From positions 342,217 through 375,709 of the forward strand of contig NIVC01001003.1 in the NCBI GenBank assembly GCA_002269645.1: a stretch of 33,493 bases of DNA, read 5' to 3'. The notes beneath the pieces were generated by a model that was not told the DNA's origin, made no database searches, and saw only the letters and a list, made by a program, of their open reading frames with translations. The first letter of the stretch is position 1. Every line of letters begins with the position of its first letter. Made by a program: the position numbers and the translations under genes. Shown piece after piece: positions 22,801-30,315 of this stretch. Origin of the DNA: Macrostomum lignano. Taxonomy: Eukaryota.

Positions 22801-25800
22801 CCATACATTCGGACCTTTAGGGTCCGTATATAGCGACGCCGCGGACCTTAACATACGGACCCCTGCCGGACCTTTTTTCGAACCCATACATTCGGACCTT
22901 TAGGGTCCGTATATAGCGACGCCGCGGACCCTAACATACGGACCCCTACTTGACCTTTTTTCGGATCCATACATTCGGACATTTGGGGTGTAGCGACGCC
23001 GCGGACCTAACATACCGACCCCTACTTGACCTTTTTTCGGATCCATACATTCGGACATTTGGGGTGAGCGACGCCGCGGACCTAACATACCGACCCCTAC
23101 TTGACCTTTTTTCGGATCCATACATTCGGACATTTAGGGTCCGTATATAGCGACGCCGCGGACCCTAACATACGGAACCCTACTGGACCTTTTTCGGATC
23201 CATACATTCGGACATTTGGGGTGAGCGACGCCGTGGACCTAACATACCGACCCCTACTTGACCTTTTTTCGGATCCATACATTCGGACATTTGGGGTGTA
23301 GCGACGCCGCGGACCCTAACATACTGACCCCTACTGGACCTTTTTTCGGATCCATACATTCGGACATTTAGGGTCCGTATATAGCGACGCCGCGGACCCT
23401 AACATACGGACCCCTACTGGACCTTTTTTCGGATCCATACATTCGGACATTTGGGGTGTAGCGACGCCGCGGACCTAACATACCGACCCCTACTTGACCT
23501 TTTTTCGGATCCATACATTCGGACATTTAGGGTCCGTATATAGCGACGCCGCGGACCCTAACATACGGACCCCTACTGGACCTTTTTCGGATCCATACAT
23601 TCGGACATTTGGGGTGAGCGACGCCGCGGACCTAACATACCGACCCCTACTTGACCTTTTTTCGGATCCATACATTCGGATATTTGGGGTGAGCGACGCC
23701 GCGGACCTAACATACCGACCCCTACTTGACCTTTTTTCGGATCCATACATTCGGACATTTGGGGTGAGCGACGCCGCGGACCTAACATACCGACCCCTAC
23801 TGGACCTTTTTTCGGATCCATACATTCGGATATTTAGGGTCCGTATATAGCGACGCCGCGGACCCTAACATACGGACCCCTACTGGACCTTTTTCGGATC
23901 CATACATTCGGACATTTGGGGTGAGCGACGCCGCGGACCTAACATACCGACCCCTACTTGACCTTTTTTCGGATCCATACATTCGGACATTTGGGGTGAG
24001 CGACGCCGCGGACCTAACATACCGACCCCTACTTGACCTTTTTTCGGATCCATACATTCGGAAATTTGGGGTGTAGCGACGCCGCGGACCTAACATACCG
24101 ACCCCTACTTGACCTTTCTTCGGATCCATACATTCGGACATTTGGGGTGTAGCGACGCCGCGGACCCTAACATACCGACCCCTACTTGACCTTTTTTCGG
24201 ACCCATACATTCGGACATTTAGGGTCCGTATATAGCGACGCCGCGGACCCTAACATACGGACCCCTACTGGACCTTTTTCGGATCCATACATTCAGACAT
24301 TTAGGGTGTAGCGACGCCGCGGACCCTAACATACCGACCAATACTTGACCTTTTTGGATCCCTGGGGTTTACAGTGTACAATTGAGCCGGTGGAGCCAAT
24401 TCCTGATTGAATCAAGGAGTCTGATCAGACTATCGTGGCGGCAAATATTCTACCCGGCGTGTCGTTTTCCTACCGCCTGTCAGCGGTGCCGGGTATGCAG
24501 TGACTTAGAAGAACATATATATTTTATTTCCCACTAACAATATAAATTCGTTGCATTTTGTTATTAATAATTATACTAAGAACCCTGACGAAGGCCAATC
24601 CACAGCCGAAGTATCGGTTCACTAAATTGATTTATATTAGTTATGACCTCTGCGTCTCTCTTTGATATTTCTTGGCTAACTTAGTTAGAGCTGCTAATGT
24701 GTGAGTGGTCTTTTTCAAACGTCTATTTATCTATCAATGAATCAAATATACTTCATCAACTACTGAACGGCACTGCCCAGTTGTCTGTGTCCAGGGACTG
24801 AGCAGAAAGTGGTCTACTCGTATGTCCAGACGCCGCCAACTGATAGCCTGATAGTTTGATAGCCTAAGTGAGGTCTCAGTGCTCTATAACAATTTAATTT
24901 ACTTTTTTTAAAACGTATTCATTATACCTTTCAAGCTGTTTAGTCACACTTTAATAATCGTTCAATGTGACTTTATATAGCTCCTAATGCCTATAATTTT
25001 TTGTGTGAGGCATTAGCCGCAAAGCTCTAACCAATCAGTGTGCTTTAATACACTTTTTACACAACACTGTTTAGTGCACCCAGACAAAGCTGGTGTATAA
25101 ATAACCTGGTTATGATGCAATAACTTCACTGTCAAAATTTTATTTTCTTTTAACCTGACGAAGGCCACGATTTTGCCGAAATATTGGTAGTTTTGAAGAA
25201 AAGTACGACTTCTGATTTCTGCTTTATTCATATTTATCGATAGAATAGATATCGATAGCTGGTGAAACCCGCAAATCGCAGCATCAGCAGCAGTCAAACC
25301 GTCGGAGACCTGATACCCAGTACCATCTTCGGAGGGATGGGCGCCGGTCAAGGTCGCAAGACAGAGGCTCTGAGAATGTCACCATCATTGTACTCGTACT
25401 CGTAAACGTCGAAGTGCGAAAGGTGCGATGACAGTAGACAATGCCCGGCTGGTTCGGTTGGTCAAGAAACTCTTCCCGATCTGTTCATCACTATGAAAAC
25501 TGTCAGACCATCCCAAAATAACTGCAAAGCAAAACAGAACAACTCAAGACTTTTATTCGACCGGCCATGCCAACCAAGAGGACTGAGGAGAACGTCCGAT
25601 TGAACGCAGACACCTGAGATGTGAGCACCCAGGACGCAATGCAAAGTCATTGTGAAGAATGAATCTTTTGAACGACTTCCACAATTAAGGGAAGCGTTCA
25701 AGGGAGTCGACAGCGAAAGACGGTTCAACTGTGACTCGACGGTGTTACGGTAAGTTACGAATTGTGTTTGAAAAAAATGGAACTTGGAAATCCTCTATAA

Positions 25801-28188
25801 AAGACATTCTGTGCCCATCCAAACCCCGTGCACTGACTGCACGTGGTCAAGCCGGGTTAGTTCATCAGTTTATCTCTCATCGCTGCGCTCCCATCACTTC
25901 TAACAATTTATTGATTTTAATGTCCCCAGCAAACTCTTTTTGAGTGCTCATATTTTATAAACCATTGCTTTACTGTTTCTCGCAAAACAAATTTTCGGAC
26001 CCTGACGAAAGCTACGATTTGGCCGAAAATTTGGTCTAGTTTATAAACAAATCAAATTGTACCTTCTCTCACTGTGTGTGCGGTTTTTTAATTGATTTCG
26101 TCTTTCTATCTATCTATCTATCTATAAATCAGCCCAGCAGCCTCACCGGATGCAGATTGGTCTGCTCAGCCGGGGGCAGTTTAGTCACTTCGTGCAGAGC
26201 AAAATAGGCGGGCATCAGGCAAAGCGAGCGATCCATCAGGGTGGTGATGAGCTGCGGGTTCAGTGGGTGTCACAGACAGTTATAAAGCAATAAATAATTT
26301 CGAGTTGTAGCTCGTAAGTAAGATAAATATTTGATTTAAAAGAAATCGACAGTAAGCAACTTTATTACACACGGGTAAACTTCTAAATCTTACTAAAGCT
26401 TCAATAAATTCCATAGAAATTCTCTACTTATTTCTTGTATTTATTAGCCTCAATTGTCGGAAAAAAAAACAACTTGTACAGTTGAAAGCGTCATTTGTAG
26501 GATTCCAAAGGCGCCATTTGTTGAATTTTAAAAGCGCCATTTGTGAGAATTAAAAAACGAAATTTTTAGGATTTAAAAAGCGCCATTTGTAGGCTTTAAA
26601 AAGTGCCATTTGTTGAATTTAAAAGGCGCCATTTGTGAGATTTAAAAGCGTTGTTAAACAAACAAAACAATATTGCAACAAACCTTGAACGCAGGAACAA
26701 AGACTTTGTCTTCACCTTCGCTGAAAGTCTTGTACAAGCCCAACACTTTTCCAAACAGATCCCTGCAGCCTTTGTAGTCCATCTGTCTGACCAGACGATC
26801 CATCACTGTCACGGCCTCTTTAAAGAAGGCCGGATTTCGCATGATATCGTCGTGAGAGACCAACAACTCGTCACAGATGTGCCTGAGTAGGGGGTGATTT
26901 TCGTTCGGGGCGACACTTTGAAACTGAGTTTTATAAACTGGGCAAAACGAACCGAATAACTCAGCCTTAATGAATCCATGAACAGCTAACTCATTCATGA
27001 TGTGAAAGTGTGAGAGAGCATCTTAATAATAGATGTTGTACACCATTTATTGTAACCAAGCAAACATTACTGAAAGGCACTAACTTGGCAGACAGTAATC
27101 CGCTGTTAATAAGCGGATAAAATACTTCCAGACAGCTGACTAACACGCGATCAAGGAACTCCTCCATGACGTGGCTGATGTACAGTTTCACTGCTCGTTT
27201 GCGGTCCTCCTGAAAGTTGAGAATGTACTTTTTTGAAGACGAAAAATCTTTTTTCAGGACCTTCAACGGTTTGCTAAACTTTGTCCCTGAACCTTTAGTG
27301 GACTGCTCAGCCTTGTCCCTGAACCTTTAGTGGACTGCTAACCCTTGTTGCTGAACCTTTAGTGGACTGCTAACCCTTGTTGCTGAACCTTTAGTGGACT
27401 GCTAATTCTTGTCCCTGAACCTTCAGTAGCCTATTCAGTCTTGCCCCTGAACCTTCAGTAGCCTACTCAGTCTTGTCCCTGAACCTTCAGCAGCCTACTC
27501 AGTCTTGTCCCTGAACCTTCAGTAGCCTATTCAGTCTTGCCCCTGAACCTTCAGTAGCCTACTCAGTCTTGTCCCTGAACCTTCAGCAGCCTACTCAGTC
27601 TTGTCCCTGAACCTTCAGTAGCCTACTCAGTCTTGCCCCTGAACCTTCAGTAGCCTATTCAGTCTTGCCCCTGAACCTTCAGTAGCCTACTCAGTCTTGT
27701 CCTTGAACCTTTAGTAGCCTACTCAGTCTTGTCCTTGAACCTTCAGTGGCCTATACAGTATTGTTCCTGAACCTTCAGCGGTCTGTTAACTCTTGTCCCT
27801 GAGCTTCCAGTGGTTGCTAACTCTTGTCCCTGAACCTTCAGTGTCTGTTAACTCTTGTCCCTGAGCTTCCAGTGGTTGCTAACTCTTGTCCCTGAACCTT
27901 CAGTGTCTGTTAACTCTTGTCCCTGAGCTTCCAGTGGTTGCTAACTCTCGTCCCTGAACCTTGTCACTGAACCTCCCGTGAACTGCTAACCATTTTCCTT
28001 GATCCTCCTCAATAAAAACTCACCAGATTAAAAGGCCGAAAGGTGTCGATCACATAGCTAGGCAAAAAGCTGTCAGCATCCCCAGCAAGATAGCTGTTCT
28101 CGCTGGCAGAATTTGGCGAAGACTGACTGCCACTTAGTCGCTGGTATGAGCCCAGCCGATACAGAGCAATGTCAGACACATGGTTCTC
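4534..28188 (-). CDS. MED23: Mediator complex subunit 23 (spliced CDS; first ATG exon not located). join(complement): 28024-28188, 27085-27260, 26684-26882, 26147-26251, 18964-19033, 18428-18892, 17573-17955, 16147-16593, 15258-15443, 13732-14279, 11068-11967, 5818-6013, 4534-4884
   Basis: Colinear motifs matching MED23 as I recall it: MDYKGCRDLF (VDYKGVRDLL), DRSLCLMPAYFAL (ERNACLLPAYFAV), QEELNKYLL (SEELNRALI), FPQLDWFGHEWPSSCSHAVNCCALQL (FPNCDWRFNEFPNPAAHALHVTCVEL), ADYFYHIKYMFVGD (CDFLYHMKYMFTGD). All junctions are GT-AG with matching phases; total 4191 nt, no internal stop. Confidence 0.93.
4925..5770. repeat. Intronic tandem array, 39-bp unit GGTACGGGATCTGGGATTCTGAGGGTATGGGATTCTTGG
   Basis: Direct reading; 13-aa periodicity in the spurious ORFs. 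Confidence 0.93.
5818..6013 (-). CDS. MED23: MED23 exon 12 of 13 traced
   Basis: Acceptor cccatag|G, donor AAG|gtgact; AYLSHAGPGRVAQLPVFF aligns to AVWHHSSIGQLSLIPKFL. Confidence 0.88.
6406..6618 (-). repeat. 3' LTR (213 bp)
   Basis: Direct repeat of 10480-10693; preceded on the element strand by the PPT GGGAAGGAG (6619-6627). Confidence 0.95.
6697..9062 (-). CDS. Gypsy pol: reverse transcriptase, RNase H, integrase
   Basis: SEWATPIVCV..., LDLTNAYLQ, YQDD, TDASPVGLGAVL, NYAQIEREAL, HHCC zinc finger, DDE motifs (HADYAG / VTDNGPQF / NGLAERF). Disconnected from the protease by a small deletion at ~9063-9068. Confidence 0.92.
9063..10467 (-). pseudogene. Gypsy gag-protease region with two frameshifts
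   Basis: Gag starts MATIPIEPL; capsid-like WLQRFE...LRDQFVFGL; two CCHC knuckles (CFCCGKDGHRKDVC, CLNCGKTGHLKAVC); protease MDTGS. Frame breaks near 9961-9966 and 9842-9846. Confidence 0.88.
10464..10478 (-). other. Primer-binding site TGGTGACGAGGATGG (tRNA-Ser(GCT)-type)
   Basis: Lies 1 nt after the 5' LTR; complementary (one G:U pair) to the ...CCAUCCUCGUCG-CCA 3' end known for animal tRNA-Ser(GCU). Confidence 0.75.
10480..10693 (-). repeat. 5' LTR (214 bp)
   Basis: Differs from the 3' LTR by 3 substitutions and a 1-nt indel; contains overlapping AATAAA on the element strand. Confidence 0.95.
11068..11967 (-). CDS. MED23: MED23 exon 11 (900 nt, phase 2-2)
   Basis: Acceptor ccgcccgcag|C, donor AG|gttggt; contains the FPQLDW...HAVNCCALQL and WQSAGLLLAQMP motifs. 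Confidence 0.88.
12170..13670. repeat. Intronic tandem array, 20-bp unit CATGAGGTATCATTTAGGGT, interrupted at 12982-13240
   Basis: Direct reading. Confidence 0.93.
12982..13226 (+). mobile_element. Probable solo LTR (245 bp)
   Basis: Unique AT-rich insert in the 20-bp array with TGTTAA...TTAACA termini and AATAAA near the right end; no TSD found. Confidence 0.45.
13732..14279 (-). CDS. MED23: MED23 exon 10
   Basis: Acceptor ccccag|GTG, donor AG|gtagct; LVYTHRLLPLHRLLLVLLMR aligns to MVWKYNIVTLDRLILCLAMR. Confidence 0.88.
14315..15005. repeat. Intronic tandem array, 22-bp unit GGGATATGGGATTTGAGGCTAT
   Basis: Direct reading. Confidence 0.93.
15008..15069 (+). mobile_element. CORE-SINE (MIR-like CORE domain) fragment
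   Basis: TGTGTCCTTGAGCAAGACATCTTAAC...TCAGTTCACCCAGCTGTAGAATGGG aligns with the MIR CORE consensus (GTGACCTTGGGCAAGTCACTTAAC...TCAGTTTCCTCATCTGTAAAATGGG); no tRNA-derived head seen. Confidence 0.7.
15258..15443 (-). CDS. MED23: MED23 exon 9
   Basis: Acceptor ccccag|GTC, donor CTG|gtacaa; SDQEELNKYLLLQI motif. Confidence 0.85.
15555..16130. repeat. Intronic tandem array, 20-bp unit CCTAATCTACCCATTATATA
   Basis: Direct reading. Confidence 0.93.
16147..16593 (-). CDS. MED23: MED23 exon 8
   Basis: Acceptor cgcag|GTG, donor CAG|gttggt; LDTYARI and FELATYHL motifs (VETYSRL, LEMFSYRM). Confidence 0.88.
16800..17515. repeat. Intronic tandem array, 23-bp unit CATAGGGTCATAGAGAATGGGAT
   Basis: Direct reading. 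Confidence 0.92.
17573..17955 (-). CDS. MED23: MED23 exon 7
   Basis: Acceptor accag|GC, donor CAG|gtttgt; AWMLFNFLGAQNKNPLVDFAPILRILDALFP aligns to MWVLLQFISGSIQKNALADFLPVMKLFDLLYP. Confidence 0.88.
18105..18420. repeat. Intronic tandem array, 28-bp unit CAGCAACTGAGGATCTGGGAGGCTGACC
   Basis: Direct reading; explains the repetitive tail of ORF 18084..18893. Confidence 0.93.
18428..18892 (-). CDS. MED23: MED23 exon 6
   Basis: Acceptor ccccgcag|TG, donor G|gtattg; LPY...LIRAVLTQ...WRHL motifs. Confidence 0.88.
18964..19033 (-). CDS. MED23: MED23 exon 5 (70 nt; ILKTKLETFRNSFKNVANMFSHR)
   Basis: Not in the ORF track. Acceptor cctccctcag|ATT, donor G|gtaagg; phases bridge exons 4 and 6; aligns to LLGNLVSDFVDTFRPTARINSIC. 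Confidence 0.85.
19195..19462. repeat. Tandem array, 29-bp unit TCTGTAAACAGGGTCTGAGCAGACAGCAG
   Basis: Direct reading; an expansion of a segment of the ribozyme-bearing module. Confidence 0.92.
19912..19959 (+). ncRNA. Minimal type-I hammerhead ribozyme motif HHR1 (best-formed copy)
   Basis: AACC-CTGACGA-A-GGCCA(tgatt)TGGCC-GAA-ATAT-C^GGTT: stem I AACC/GGTT, core CUGANGA, 5-bp stem II, GAAA, palindromic helix III AUAU, predicted cut after the AUC at 19951. Confidence 0.8.
20325..20519 (+). pseudogene. Non-LTR retrotransposon (I-group LINE-like) RT C-terminal fragment
   Basis: Hand translation LRIEGQELTYDPTPTFLGLRLDDQLTFANHIEAVRK, then (after a 1-nt shift at the A-run ~20469-20472) KMATRRRCLQSLVGKS. 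This fits the LINE motif FLG-x-LD-xx-LTF-xx-HI...R...L..L.G. Confidence 0.75.
20520..21900 (+). pseudogene. Broken intronless ORF of unknown function (~450 codons if repaired), likely a transposon accessory gene
   Basis: ORFs 20558-20806, 20773-21117 and 21078-21626 lie in three successive frames. The T6 run at 21007-21012 links MYPGMRDGSSDGLF to WWQKIHRRFAAN. Coding-like sequence continues past TAG 21624-21626, T6 21721-21726 and TAG 21838-21840 to TGA 21900. Confidence 0.55.
22730..24355. repeat. Satellite array with ~75-bp and ~83-bp unit variants (GACCTTTTTTCGGATCCATACATTCGGACATTT...GCGACGCCGCGGACC...)
   Basis: Direct reading; 25-aa periodicity in the spurious ORFs. Confidence 0.92.
24580..24620 (+). 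ncRNA. Hammerhead motif HHR2 (core variant GAAG)
   Basis: GAACC-CTGACGA-A-GGC(caatccaca)GCC-GAAGTATC^GGTTC; 5-bp stem I; A15.1->G change, probably impaired. Confidence 0.65.
25151..25189 (+). ncRNA. Hammerhead motif HHR3 (degenerate stems)
   Basis: TAAC-CTGACGA-A-GGC(cacgatttt)GCC-GAA-ATAT-T^GGTA; core intact, one mismatch in stem I. Confidence 0.6.
25997..26037 (+). ncRNA. Hammerhead motif HHR4
   Basis: GGACC-CTGACGA-A-AGCTA(cgatt)TGGCC-GAA-AATT-T^GGTCT; stem I GACC/GGTC, palindrome AAUU, mismatch at the base of stem II. Confidence 0.6.
26147..26251 (-). CDS. MED23: MED23 exon 4 (LITTLMDRSLCLMPAYFALHEVTKLPPAEQTNLHP)
   Basis: Not in the ORF track. Acceptor cccgcag|CTC, donor CCG|gtgagg; strong match to the LLPAYFAV motif. 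Confidence 0.9.
26485..26650. repeat. Short intronic array, ~24-bp unit AAAAGCGCCATTTGTAGGATTTA
   Basis: About six degenerate copies read directly. Confidence 0.8.
26684..26882 (-). CDS. MED23: MED23 exon 3
   Basis: Acceptor ctactcag|G, donor AAG|gtttgt; DYKGCRDL motif. Confidence 0.9.
27085..27260 (-). CDS. MED23: MED23 exon 2 (acceptor position uncertain)
   Basis: Donor AA|gttagt; LINSGLLSAK aligns to AVETGLLPPR. The phase-0 acceptor gttgaag|GTC was chosen to match exon 1. Confidence 0.75.
27280..27965. repeat. Intronic tandem array, ~32-bp unit CTTGTCCCTGAACCTTCAGTAGCCTACTCAGT
   Basis: Direct reading; three sub-blocks of variant units. Confidence 0.92.
28024..28188 (-). CDS. MED23: Probable MED23 exon 1 of those traced (ENHVSDIALYRLG...FRPFNL)
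   Basis: Acceptor ttgacag|GAG, donor CTG|gtgagt, 55 open codons. Sequence similarity is weak; the assignment rests on position and phase. Confidence 0.65.
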
Positions 28189-28869
28189 CTGTCAACGATA
28201 TTTTTTAGATAAATTTTGACATAAAAATAACATAAATCTAGCTAAGAAAAAAAGGTTTAAAATTCAATTAGTATACATATGGCTTTAATTTCTAATATGG
28301 ATATAATTGCTGACATCAGTAGTATATAGTAGAAGAAACTTCCTAGACAATTTTAAAAGAGTACATTTTTTCATGCATTCACACTTTTAAATGAAATGTG
28401 TTTTTAACACAATACGGTTAAGTTTACTTTAGGCACAACTATAGCTTTTTGAATTACTTGCTTTTTGGGAGTATACTTCAAGCAGTGGGTACCCAAATTA
28501 CCATATTTTAATATTGAAAAACAACAAGTATCAATAGTTGTAGCTTATAGTACTTTTAGTACTTACATAAAGTTAGTTTATTCCATTTAGTTAATAAAGT
28601 TACTCTGAATCAGTCAGTCTCCATTGATTTAACTTTATGTAAGCTAGGCATCTTAGTACAAAGTAGAAGTAGTAGTTGCACCCAAAAGAGCATTAATTTT
28701 AAAGGATACTATTAAAAGCAATATGCAATTGCAATACTTGGACTTCTTGAACTTTAGGTAGATAAAATAGTTGCAGTTTTGATAGGATCATAATTTTGTC
28801 TCTATAGAGGTTTTTGATAGTACTGATTTCAAATTTGAGCTTCATTTTTTCATAGCTTAAAGCCAACCA

Positions 28870-29510
28870 CCGGGACATGGGGAATGGGGGGTTTTAGGGT
28901 GGGAAGAATCTTCATGGGGATTGATTTTACCTACTTAAACTTTAATAGAGGCATGGGGGTCTATTGAAGATTAGATAGGTAAATTCTGAACCCAAGGGGG
29001 GGGGTCTGATCAGAGGGGGGGGTGGGGTGGGCCGATAACTACCAACTACTGGGATAGGGAATGGGGGGGTTTAGGGTAAGGAGAATCTTCATGGGGATTG
29101 ATTTTACCTACTTAAACTTTAATAGAGGCATGGGGGTCTATTGAAGATTAGATAGGTAAATTCTGAACCCAAGGGGGGGGTCTGATCAGAGGGGGGGGGG
29201 TGGGGTGGGCCGATAACTACCAACTACTGGGATAGGGAATGGGGGGTTTAGGGTAAGGAGAATCTTCATGGGGATTGATTTTACCTACCTAAACTTCAAT
29301 AGAGGCATGGGGTCTATTGAAGATTAGATAGGTAAATTCTGAACCCAAGGGGGGGGTCTGATCAGAGGGGGGGGGTGGGGTGGGCCGATAACTACCAACT
29401 ACTGGGATAGGGAATGGGGGGGTTTAGGGTAAGGAGAATCTTCATGGGGATTGATTTTACCTACCTAAACTTCAATAGAGGCATGGGGGTCTATTGTAGA
29501 TTAGGTAGAT
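28870..29510. repeat. ~3.5 tandem copies of a ~177-bp G-rich unit
   Basis: GAATCTTCATGGGG anchors at 28906, 29083, 29260, 29436. Confidence 0.92.
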
Positions 29511-30184
29511 AAATTTGGAGACTGAGGGGTCCAGGGTGGAAATGTAATGAAGCTTAAGTAAAACATTCAGCAAGTTATCAAATACCTCCATTAAGAAAAA
29601 ATTATAATCTTATCAAACTAATTGATATAAGCAGCTATAGTTACCATTGAGAATAGAGAAAAAAATGCAGATTAGTAGAAATTAAGTATAGGCAAACAAG
29701 TAAAGAATGTACAGTTAGTCACAACCATGAGAGAACAACAGCAAATCAAAAGCAGGAGGTGAAGGTGGTGGTGAACCAGGAGTCAGCATTTTTTAAAAAC
29801 ACAAATTTGATGTGGCACTCTCCATGCACTATAACAAACTGAGTGAAGAAAAATTAGAATAGACACTCCTTTTATTAGAGTTAAAAATCTAACCTCCTAA
29901 ATGTTTTTTAGAGTGAACTAGCAATCTAGTGTGGCTGTGGCCCCCCTTTGGGGCACCCAATAAGCAAGGAGCAAAAATAGTTCATGGAAAGAAAAATGAA
30001 AAGAGCACATTTTCTTAAACACCAATTCCATCTTCAGTTTAAAAAATCACCTTATTCATGGAAAATTTTCACAGACAATGATGTTTGCTATGAATCTCTT
30101 TTTCCAAAATCAACAAACAGACAACAAAATATAGCTTTCACAAAGATAAAAGACATTCCCCTAAATAGAAAATATTCCTAAGAA

Positions 30185-30315
30185 AGCAAGCATCCTTCTA
30201 TATAGCAAGCACCCCCTCCAAAAGTAAGCAATGGCAGATAGCAAGCATCCACCTAGATAGCAAGCATCCACCAGATATTGTTGAAGTATCCACCCAGATA
30301 GCAAGCATCCCCCAG
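30185..30315. repeat. Short degenerate array with core GATAGCAAGCATCC
   Basis: Five to six imperfect copies. Confidence 0.65.

Larger units (their letters stand above)
20520..24376 (+). mobile_element. Left-truncated CACTA/EnSpm-like DNA transposon remnant
   Basis: Ends in ...GGGGTTTACAGTG (reverse complement CACTGTAAACCCC, an animal CACTA-type terminus) directly after a 1.6-kb subterminal tandem array; carries an intronless broken ORF. No transposase and no left terminus seen. Confidence 0.5.
24580..25260 (+). mobile_element. Hammerhead-bearing module, HHR2-to-HHR3 monomer
   Basis: Homologous to 19180-20323; predicted cut sites 570 nt apart. Confidence 0.65.

Noticed and set aside
22900-24210. 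Repetitive ORFs from the 75-bp satellite
   Set aside because: Same artefact; overlapping ORFs on both strands.
1-29510. CRISPR array interpretation of the direct repeats
   Set aside because: Units are contiguous with no unique spacers, there are no cas genes, and the context is a eukaryotic spliced gene.
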